Below are positions 1-7,720 of a DNA stretch of 24,067 bases, one piece after another (position 1 is the first letter of the stretch; each line of letters begins with the position of its first letter). The stretch spans positions 1 through 24,067 of the forward strand of contig JBHIAC010000033.1 of the NCBI GenBank assembly GCA_046758365.1. The letters run 5' to 3'. The DNA comes from a bacterium. GTDB taxonomy: Bacteria > Zhuqueibacterota > Zhuqueibacteria > Oceanimicrobiales > Oceanimicrobiaceae. A program made the translations under genes and the position numbers. The notes beneath the pieces were generated by a model, which saw only the letters and a program-made list of their open reading frames with translations, ran no database searches and had not been told where the DNA came from.

Positions 1-145
1 TAATGCGGCCGGAGGCATCGCCTAATTCTAATGACAAATAGGTTTCATTCGAATCCCGCTTGGTTTTAAGTTCCTTTTTACGAAGAACCAAAAAAGAAAT
101 AACTTTGTCCCCAGGTCTTAAGTCGTTTATTAATTTTTCATTCAT
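1..145 (-). CDS. yhaM: 5' part of a 3'-5' exoribonuclease YhaM/Cbf-like protein (N-terminal OB-fold; runs off the window edge)
   Basis: Not in the ORF track. Manual translation from ATG at 145 gives MNEKLINDLRPGDKVISFLVLRKKELKTKRDSNETYLSLELGDASGRI..., resembling the YhaM OB-fold N-terminus (YLxLxLxDxSGxI). The HD domain is outside the window. Confidence 0.7.
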   Translation of the reverse strand, partial: MNEKLINDLRPGDKVISFLVLRKKELKTKRDSNETYLSLELGDASGRI

Positions 146-208
146 GGTATATTGTGAATTAATTTGGTAACCGTATTTTATTATTTTGTCAAAAAATCTA
201 TTTTACAC

Positions 209-2620
209 TTATTTTGGACTTAGAATCAAGAGCTCTTCAGCCGTCTCAACGATTTTTGTGCTATCCATGACCATCGAATGGTAATTACCGGTCAACCAGA
301 GGGGAGTTTGGTCTTTGTAATGGTCACTCATTCTCTGGCCAGATTGCCCTGTGGTTATGACAGACAAAGAATTATTTATATCACAGAAGTCAACTAACTG
401 TCGAGTCGAAGCCCCAAGCACAGATCTAAAAGGCCTATTAAATTGGTATTCAGCATTATTGATGGTCATGGTAGAGCCACCCCTGGGAAAGGGTCCTAAA
501 TTAAATATGATGTCTAACGGTTTTTTAATGCCAAGGTGGTGAGCCATAGTCAATTTATGAATTTCGCCCCAGGCCCAATGGCTTATGTTTTCTCCCGCTA
601 AGCTTTTTAACATCTCACCAGCATCTAATAAACTTTTGGCAATAATGTCCTCTCGTGTTTCGACAATTGCTGTGTCAATATTATCAAACCACTCAGAGTT
701 ACCCGCTTCTAACAAGGCTGCTATAACCCGATTAGGTACATTGCCTAAGCGAATATAATTATTGTATAAAAAGTCACCCATTTCATCTTTAAGCGTATTT
801 TCAGTCAGCTTCAGAAAAAAGGCATGAAAAATAGAAGTAGCAATGCTTTCAGTGGTTTCCCGACAGTCCCAATACTTAATTAAATCATAAAGTGTTTGCA
901 AGCTATCGTTGTCTGTAGAGTTCAGTTTTGTTTTCACAGCGCTTAAAAGCAAAGGCAATATCCTTTGAGCGTGGACAGAAACCACATCTGTTTGCATCGA
1001 TTTAAAGTCTTCAATTGAAAACTTCTCTTTTTCTGAAAGGAGTTGATGAATCCGGGCAGCGCGACTGGGAGGTTCCCAGAGGTTGGTGATATAGTATGGA
1101 TATCTTTCATCAACAATTTTGTTGTTAGCTGTAACAATATAGTTTTCGGGTGGATTTAAAATATGGGGAAGCTTCTCAAAGGGGACCTCGCCAATCCATT
1201 GCCCACTCTTCAGCCAGCCTTTGTGTGGTAAAATGCCAGTCGTGTTTTTGCGAATAGGGATGGCGCCTGCCAAATAGTAGCCTATGTCCCCGTCTATTGA
1301 AGCAAAGATAAAATTTTGGGCAGGTACCTTGAAAGTTTGTAGGGCTTCAGTAAATTCTTCCCAACTCTTCGACTTGTGTAATTTTAAATAAGCCGCCATC
1401 TCATCGCTTGGTAGCTGCCCAACCCAATGCATGGAAACCACCGTTCCATCGCCTTTTAATAAGGGATGGATATTTGAGATAATAGGTCCGTTTTGAGTAG
1501 TGTATATTTCTACTAAAATGGGATTGGCATTTTTGACAGCAATTTCCTCTTCAACTACCTTCACATCCTTCCACTTTCCAAGATACAAATACTGAAGGGA
1601 ATCTTCTGGATTCAGTTTTTCAACATAAAAATCTACATCATCAACCATTCCGTTGGTCAGCCCCCAGGCGATATATTGATTGTGACCGATAACCATGCCA
1701 GGCACCCCTGGTAGCGCTACGCCAGAAACATTAATATCACCACCGGAAAGATGCATTTCGTACCAAACTGAAGGAGTCGTTAATTCTAAATGGGGGTCAT
1801 TGGCCAATAGGGGTTTTCCACAAGTGGACTTTTCACCAGAAACAACCCAAGAGTTACTTCCCAAATGAGCACCATGAATGCCTAGAAAGTTACGAACCGC
1901 CAATCCGGTATTTACGAATTGTTGGGTCTCAGTCCAAAAAGGGACAACATCCGTTGAAATAATATATGGTCCTTGCTTTGGAAAATCAGGAAAAATTTCC
2001 TGGGCTTTTTCCTCACCTAACTTCTCTACCAATTGACCCAAAACAAGATCTACATACCAACTGAAAGATAACTTCCACGCCATCAAACGGATGTAGGCAA
2101 TACTGTCCTCTATTTTCCACTTTTCTGGATTATATTTTAACCGAGTAAAAGCTATAGGAAGTCGGTCCTGGTGGCTTGCAATATAGGTGTTAACGCCTTC
2201 AACGTAGGCTTCCAAAGCCATTCGAGATTCAGGAGAAAGAATATTTACAATCTCTTTAGCCGTTCTTGCAAAGCCCCAGGTGCGTATAAACTTGTCACTT
2301 TCAATTGTAGCTTCTCCAAAAATTTCCGAAAGCCTTCCACTGGCAACTCGGCGGTTCAAATCCATTTGCCAAAGGCGGTCCTGTGCCGTAATATATCCCG
2401 AAGCAATAAACAAATCGCGTTCATTTTCTGCAAATATATGGGGTATGCCATATTCATCCCGATAAACTTTGACGGGACGGTTCAGAACTTCCAGAGTTAT
2501 TGAGCCAGAAATTTTAGGCAAAGAATTAGTAATAAGACGATAACTGAGAATGGTGAGGGTGATGAAAATTATTACTACAAAAATAACAATACCGAAAAAT
2601 AACCGCCGGCCTTTTGTCAT
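209..2620 (-). CDS. Penicillin acylase family protein (Ntn hydrolase, peptidase S45), membrane-anchored
   Basis: 803 aa with an N-terminal TM helix. Motifs RDEYGIPHI, GYITAQDRLWQMD, GSNSWVV (autoproteolytic Ser nucleophile), LLANDPHL, WYEMHL and TGQSG. Confidence 0.93.
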   Translation of the reverse strand: MTKGRRLFFGIVIFVVIIFITLTILSYRLITNSLPKISGSITLEVLNRPVKVYRDEYGIPHIFAENERDLFIASGYITAQDRLWQMDLNRRVASGRLSEIFGEATIESDKFIRTWGFARTAKEIVNILSPESRMALEAYVEGVNTYIASHQDRLPIAFTRLKYNPEKWKIEDSIAYIRLMAWKLSFSWYVDLVLGQLVEKLGEEKAQEIFPDFPKQGPYIISTDVVPFWTETQQFVNTGLAVRNFLGIHGAHLGSNSWVVSGEKSTCGKPLLANDPHLELTTPSVWYEMHLSGGDINVSGVALPGVPGMVIGHNQYIAWGLTNGMVDDVDFYVEKLNPEDSLQYLYLGKWKDVKVVEEEIAVKNANPILVEIYTTQNGPIISNIHPLLKGDGTVVSMHWVGQLPSDEMAAYLKLHKSKSWEEFTEALQTFKVPAQNFIFASIDGDIGYYLAGAIPIRKNTTGILPHKGWLKSGQWIGEVPFEKLPHILNPPENYIVTANNKIVDERYPYYITNLWEPPSRAARIHQLLSEKEKFSIEDFKSMQTDVVSVHAQRILPLLLSAVKTKLNSTDNDSLQTLYDLIKYWDCRETTESIATSIFHAFFLKLTENTLKDEMGDFLYNNYIRLGNVPNRVIAALLEAGNSEWFDNIDTAIVETREDIIAKSLLDAGEMLKSLAGENISHWAWGEIHKLTMAHHLGIKKPLDIIFNLGPFPRGGSTMTINNAEYQFNRPFRSVLGASTRQLVDFCDINNSLSVITTGQSGQRMSDHYKDQTPLWLTGNYHSMVMDSTKIVETAEELLILSPK

Positions 2621-2644
2621 AAGAAATTCCCACTTTCTGTATTA

Positions 2645-3388
2645 TCAAAAAAATTCGAGGTAACCGATTTTGAATTCTCTTCTTGTATTTGCAGCTCCGT
2701 TTTCTAAAATATTTTTTAAATTAAATTCGAGAAATAGCCGATTTGAAAAGCACCATTGGAGGCCTGCATTTAGGTATCCATTACCAGAACCATATTCTTG
2801 GTCGTTGTTATCGTTGAGTGCTAAATCATACTCAATGATAAATCGAATCTCTCGATTAAAGCTGAAATCCGCTCCAAAAAAGAAATTTATATCGTCATCA
2901 TTGTCATTATTTTCCAGACTGTAATTTATCCCGCCATGCAAACCAAGATTGAATAAGATAGCGTAATTTTTACTTGCGACGGCAAAAAAGCCACGTGATT
3001 TAATGGCATACCTATTCAAAGTATTATCATAAGGGCCATATCCTTGGGAATTAAACCCGAGGGTAATAGCAGGCGTGGAAAAATATTCGTCCAATATTCG
3101 AATGCGTGCCTGGAACCCCGGAGACGGATTCCAATTCACATCGCCTTCACCAATAATGTTTTCTCCGCCATAAGAAATTCCAAACATAAATCTTGGTGTT
3201 ATACCGACCTCTATACCACCAAGCAGTCCTCCGTTCTCAAACATACGCAGATCAATATTAAAACTACCGCGTTCAAGGGTTCCCGCAGTAGGCAGATCAA
3301 TTAAAAGTTTTTGTTCAACAATTCGTTGGGCCTCTAGTTTTACTGGGCAAATAAGTACTAATAAAAGCAGACATAATGATTTTTTCAT
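2645..3388 (-). CDS. Outer-membrane beta-barrel protein, YjbH-like domain
   Basis: Signal peptide, LIDLPTAGTL motif typical of YjbH-like N-termini, alternating amphipathic strands and a C-terminal Phe. Confidence 0.6.
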   Translation of the reverse strand: MKKSLCLLLLVLICPVKLEAQRIVEQKLLIDLPTAGTLERGSFNIDLRMFENGGLLGGIEVGITPRFMFGISYGGENIIGEGDVNWNPSPGFQARIRILDEYFSTPAITLGFNSQGYGPYDNTLNRYAIKSRGFFAVASKNYAILFNLGLHGGINYSLENNDNDDDINFFFGADFSFNREIRFIIEYDLALNDNNDQEYGSGNGYLNAGLQWCFSNRLFLEFNLKNILENGAANTRREFKIGYLEFF

Positions 3389-3420
3389 TTTCTTATCCTT
3401 ATGATTTATTTATTTTATTA

Positions 3421-3840
3421 TTATTTTTTTCTCATCTTATCTCTAAACGATCTTCTCAATTGTTCTACAAAATTTTGAAAGCCGCTATTCTGACGACTTA
3501 ATAAATCTAAATTCTCAATATTTTCCACAATTCTTTCTGCATATTCTGCACCGCCTAATAAAGAGCTTATGTTTGCATCCTTTAATGCCTGATTAAGAAC
3601 CTGTTTATAAAATCCTTTTTTACATTTATATCAAGGCAAATCAGGTGCCCAGTTCGATCCTATTCCATTTTTAAAAGCTCTTTGGTCCATAATGTACCAG
3701 CGTTCAATATGTGGATCAGGCACAGCATAGACTACTCTATTTCTTAAAGGATGAGTCAATTTGATGCTTTCTTCTAATTTTCTAACTTTTTCTTGAGCGC
3801 GATCTTCAAGGAAATAAAGAATATTTATTTTATCCACCAA
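3421..3840 (-). pseudogene. Interrupted DUF4276/RloB-like partner of the AAA ATPase (in-frame TGA at 3631-3633, probable internal deletion)
   Basis: The GTG start overlaps the ATPase stop. The AVPDPHIERWY motif is present. The frame stays open for 69 codons after the TGA (YKCKKGFYKQVLNQALKDANISSLLGGAEYAERIVENIENL...RKK) and ends at TAA TAA TAA (3423 downward). The N-terminal half (EDRAQE|KVRKLE) looks too short for the family. Confidence 0.7.
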
Positions 3841-5095
3841 AGTCTCCTCTCAAGATTTTCTCCTCCAGGCCCAAAGCATGTTCTATGTCTCCCTTTCGGA
3901 AAAGTCCACCATAACATTGTCTTATTTTAGTTTGGTTATTTTCCTTACTGCAAACGAAAAGATCTTTGTCATCAAAGCATTCAAGTAAGGTTGGAGAATG
4001 AGTTGTTACTATGATTTGCTTTCCGTGCTCTTGAACAGCATTCTTCAAAGCATCGCTTATTATCTTAATCCTAACTGGATGAACCCCATTTTCCGGTTCT
4101 TCAAAGGCCACCAAAGTAGCAGGATTTTTGGGATGAATCGCTGCTAAAAGACCGATGAGACGCAACGTCCCTTCAGAAATTAGACGTGCAGAGAACCAAT
4201 TACCATTTTCAGAAAGTTGCAATCCAACCCGTCCTTCTTTAAGATGTTCAACCTCTATACTCGCATCTGTTGGTAACATTCGCTTAAGGGAAAGATTAAA
4301 GCTTTCATAGTCTTTTGCGTATCTATGTTTAAGTGTATTTAAAAATGCAGCAAGATTTTCACCTCTTGGGCCGAGACTTTCAATCTCAGCTAGGGGAACT
4401 TCCTCTCTCATCAGTGCTCTAGGTTCGAGGTAATATGTATACCAGTTAGCAAGTTCCATCCTAAAAGCGGTAATGTGAGGGTAATGTGGTTCATAAAGTG
4501 CGGTTGAAATAATTGTATGATCTAAACCGATCTGATGATAAAAAGGATGTGCTTGACCTTCCATACGAAGGTGAATGCGATCACCTTTTTGTTCTAAAAA
4601 TGGTGTTCGTTTTTTATTTTCTTCACTGTTCGGTTTAATCGCACATAACCGTTCATCCATTACGCGTAAATAGCCGGTTTCGGTTAGTGCTTCTATTTTA
4701 AGACGATACCGCAACAAGGGTTCAGTAATAATCTGCTTTGACAATCCTTGTGAATTAATACCTTTTCTTTTTGCCAGGACAATTTCCTCGACCTTTTTCT
4801 TAATTATGTGAGAGATTTCCACATCGACTTCCAAAGTAAATTGTAGATTGGACTTTTTAAGAAGTCCTTCATAACCCTCGTCTCCATAGTAAAAACTTTC
4901 TAAAGGAAGGCCGCGATGTCCCTCGAATACTTCTTTGAAATTTTTAGATTTAACGGCTCGTGAGAGAATATATAGAGCATCCAGGAAATTACTTTTGCCT
5001 GATGCATTTGGTCCAAAAATGACCGTGAGCGGTTTCAATTCAAGACTCAACTCCTTGAAAGATTTATATCCTTTGATTTTAATTCGTTTTATCAT
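3830..5095 (-). CDS. AAA family ATPase (AAA_21/COG4637-like, ABC-type)
   Basis: Walker A GPNASGKS, signature-like ISEGTLR, Walker B/D-loop AFEEPENGVHP, H-loop TTHS. Confidence 0.9.
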   Translation of the reverse strand: MIKRIKIKGYKSFKELSLELKPLTVIFGPNASGKSNFLDALYILSRAVKSKNFKEVFEGHRGLPLESFYYGDEGYEGLLKKSNLQFTLEVDVEISHIIKKKVEEIVLAKRKGINSQGLSKQIITEPLLRYRLKIEALTETGYLRVMDERLCAIKPNSEENKKRTPFLEQKGDRIHLRMEGQAHPFYHQIGLDHTIISTALYEPHYPHITAFRMELANWYTYYLEPRALMREEVPLAEIESLGPRGENLAAFLNTLKHRYAKDYESFNLSLKRMLPTDASIEVEHLKEGRVGLQLSENGNWFSARLISEGTLRLIGLLAAIHPKNPATLVAFEEPENGVHPVRIKIISDALKNAVQEHGKQIIVTTHSPTLLECFDDKDLFVCSKENNQTKIRQCYGGLFRKGDIEHALGLEEKILRGDFGG

Positions 5096-5255
5096 AAAAT
5101 AATTCCTGAACCTACAATATTTTTACATACTAATTCTAAATTTGCTTTAATGTAAAAGGAATATTAACTTAATGATCATCTGAAAAAGAGTTGTTAAAAG
5201 GTGTCTTAATTATTTTATCAAAGGAGTGTTATTCTTTTCGACTAAGAATTGTTTA

Positions 5256-6047
5256 TTAATAAATACCTTTTACCGCTCCTCCGTCTACTTGAATCGAAGT
5301 ACCAGTAATATAGCTGGCCCGCTCAGAAGCCAAAAAAACTACTAAATTTGCCAACTCTTCCGGCACACCCATGCGCTCCATAGGGATACCATTGACAATT
5401 CTCTTCTCAATCGCTTCCGGAGTTCTCCCTTCGGCTTTAGAACGTGCTTGAAGAAGTTCTTTAACCCGCTCCGTCCGGGTCCAGCCAGGACAGACATTGT
5501 TTATTAAAATTCCTTCAGCCGCGACCTGACTCGACACCGTTTTAGCCCAACCCAAAACCCCTAATCTAAGACTGTTAGATAAAAGTAAATTGTCAATGGG
5601 TTGTTTTACAGAAATAGAAGCAATGTTAATGATTCGGCCCCACTTTTGCTTTTTCATAAATGGCAGGACTTCACGGGTTAAACGCACAGCAGACATTAGT
5701 GTGAGTTCAAATCCTTTATTCCAATCTTCATCAGACAACTCCCCAAAAAATCCAGGGGGTGGACCTCCGGCATTGTTCACCAAAATATGAATGGTACTGA
5801 AGGATTTTATAGTCGCGGCAACCAAGTTTTTGATTTCATTATATTTGGTAAGATCTGCTTGTACTGATAAGATTTCAGCGCCAGTTTTCGATTGGATTTC
5901 ACCACAGGTGGATTCTAACTGTTCTTTACTTCTGGCGCAAATTACAACTCTCGCGCCCTCATGAGCCAGCCCCATTGCCACGGCTTTCCCTAATCCTTGA
6001 CTGGATGCCGCAACCAGAGCAACTTTACCCGATAATCCTAAGTCCAT
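5256..6047 (-). CDS. SDR family oxidoreductase (FabG-like)
   Basis: AASSQGLG cofactor-binding motif, NNAGGP, GRIINIAS, SNSLR in place of YxxxK (as in the atypical BKR-like subfamily), NNVCPG and YITG..VDGG. Confidence 0.92.
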   Translation of the reverse strand: MDLGLSGKVALVAASSQGLGKAVAMGLAHEGARVVICARSKEQLESTCGEIQSKTGAEILSVQADLTKYNEIKNLVAATIKSFSTIHILVNNAGGPPPGFFGELSDEDWNKGFELTLMSAVRLTREVLPFMKKQKWGRIINIASISVKQPIDNLLLSNSLRLGVLGWAKTVSSQVAAEGILINNVCPGWTRTERVKELLQARSKAEGRTPEAIEKRIVNGIPMERMGVPEELANLVVFLASERASYITGTSIQVDGGAVKGIY

Positions 6048-6129
6048 AACCTTTGATTCAGTTCTGGTTGAATTTAAATGTTTAGTTAGTTATTCAATGT
6101 TTTAACCCACAAAGTTAAAAAATTGACTA

Positions 6130-6158
6130 AATATAACCAATCTCCGTTGGATTGTCAA
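6130..6158 (-). promoter_or_regulatory. Sigma70-type promoter for the SDR gene
   Basis: Minus strand TTGACA (6158-6153), 17-nt spacer, TATATT (6135-6130). It lies about 80 nt upstream of the SDR start and just downstream of a terminator. Confidence 0.65.
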
Positions 6159-6180
6159 CCCTTTTAATCAGGAGAAGATA

Positions 6181-6210
6181 AAATAAAAAAGGAAGACTTC
6201 AAGTCTTCCT
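6181..6210 (-). terminator. Rho-independent terminator after the UshA-cytochrome gene
   Basis: Perfect inverted repeat AGGAAGACTT-n-AAGTCTTCCT (6190-6210), followed on the minus strand by TTTTTATTT. Confidence 0.8.
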
Positions 6211-6274
6211 AATTCACAAATGATTTAAACAAAAGTTTAGTTTTACCAATACATTAGTTGCTGGCAATGCACAA

Positions 6275-7654
6275 TCAATGTGTTACTTTTGTCAAAAATT
6301 CCTCATAATTAAAATGTGGACTGTTATCTTCGTTGTGACAATTTAGACAAGTCGTTTCTGTAATAGGTTTAAAATCTAACTTAGCCTGATCATTGGTTCC
6401 ACGGTTAGTGGAACGAGGCTTTCCCCGAAAGCGATTTATATGGTTAAGAACGTTACCGTTGGTTTCTCGGTGGCATTGTGTACATTGAACATTTACCAAA
6501 TCTGGAGTTTCATAAATGGAGGTAAAGCCAATGGTTTCGCCAAATCGAGTAGTGTGGCACTGTTGGCATTCTGGATTGTGATTTTGCTTTTTTTCTACCA
6601 AAGTTTGCCAGGCATGAGAGTGTAGAGTCGTTTGCCACTGTTGGTATTGTTTGCGGTGACAGACCATGCAACTTCTTTCACTTAAAGGGGTAAATTTCTT
6701 TATAGCTTTAGGACTTTCCATAGGGTAAGTCGCTAGTAATGCTTCATCATATTCCTTGATTACTTTAGAAAGTAAAGCATCATCGTTGATTTTTCTACTC
6801 AATGGTACAACCTTTCCTGCAATTGAAGTGATTTTCTTTGAAGAGACCTTGAAATCTATATGACCTAAATACTTACCCTGAGTACCTGTTTGCATAATCA
6901 CGGTATTACCAATATGCTCTGGCTGTCTTAAGCGGTGTCCATCGTGGCCACTAATTATGATGTCTATTCCATTTATTTTTTTTGCTAAAGCTCTAGAACC
7001 ACTTAAGCCGAGATGAGAAAGGGCAATGACCACCTGGCATTCTCTTGTTAAATAATCTACGGCGGCTTGCGCGGCTAAAAAAGGCTCTGAAATTTCGAAT
7101 CCGGTTCCTGGATTAACAAATCTTTGCACTCCCTCAGCTTTTGCCACCCCGAATATACCAACTTTCACACCCCCCATTTTTTTGATAACATAAGGTTTAG
7201 CAAAAAGCTTTTTGGTACCAGAATAGTAAACATTAGCAGATATAAATGGCAGTTGATATTTCTCTTTCATTTCTTCCAAAAATTCAGGGCCATACTGCAG
7301 GTCTCTCTCCGCCAGATTAATAACGTCATACTTCAAAAGAGACATCCCCTTTAGCAAGTATTGCACTTTAAGGTTTTGAGGTTTTAATTTTGTACTTCCA
7401 AAGTCCCCACAGTCTACTAACAATTGAAAGTTTGCTTTTTGTTTTACACTTTTAATATAGCTGGCTCGCCGAGCCAGTCCACCAAACTGGTTGGCCTTTC
7501 AGCCACACGGTTTCAGGTAGCCGTAAAGGTCACTGGTGAAAAATAGCTGAAATGATACGTCTTTAGGCTGACTAAAAAAGGTTGCTGCTAATAAAATCGG
7601 TAAAGCAATAATTAATAACGCAATCCAGATTGCTCGCCTTATTAAATCATTCAT
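6275..7654 (-). CDS. Probable selenoprotein: exported UshA-like (5'-nucleotidase-fold) domain with a CxU motif, fused to a tetraheme c-type cytochrome (c554-like), 459 aa
   Basis: ATG at 7654, with AAGGAG at 7673-7668, is in frame with the 6275..7423 ORF through a single TGA at 7499-7501: MNDLIRRAIWIALLIIALPILLAATFFSQPKDVSFQLFFTSDLYGYLKPCG-U-KANQFGGLARRASYIKSVKQKANFQLLVDCGDF. The extension supplies the missing signal/TM segment and the first metallophosphoesterase motif (TSD) plus GGLARRA. Four CxxCH motifs: CMVCH, CQQCH, CTQCH, CLNCH. Confidence 0.85.
7461..7498 (-). promoter_or_regulatory. Candidate bacterial SECIS element(s) 3' of the in-frame UGA
   Basis: The mRNA after UGA reads AAGGCCAACCAGUUUGGUGGACUGGCUCGGCGAGCCAG. 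Hairpin 1 is CCAGUUU-GGU-GGACUGG (loop 15-16 nt after UGA). Hairpin 2 is a perfect CUGGCUC-GGC-GAGCCAG (loop about 28 nt after UGA). Both have G-first apical loops. Confidence 0.6.
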
Positions 7655-7720
7655 GATGTTATCGCATCTCCTTTTTGTTGATTTATTTTTAATTATAATT
7701 AAATAGCTATTTTTTATATT

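Noticed and set aside
164..192. TTGACA upstream of the yhaM-like gene
   Set aside because: The hexamer at 17-nt spacing (TACCAA) is a poor -10 match, so the evidence is insufficient.
6254..6277. Terminal TGA of the cytochrome gene followed by TTG TGC (possible UxC extension, H*LCIASN)
   Set aside because: It would add only seven residues, no convincing SECIS follows, a terminal His is a plausible natural end for such cytochrome domains, and a terminator lies just downstream.
6275..7654. Alternative genetic code (TGA=Trp/Gly) as the explanation for the in-frame TGAs
   Set aside because: TGA is the true stop of several genes here (2645, 6275, 14894, 15676), and the long ORFs contain no other internal TGAs.
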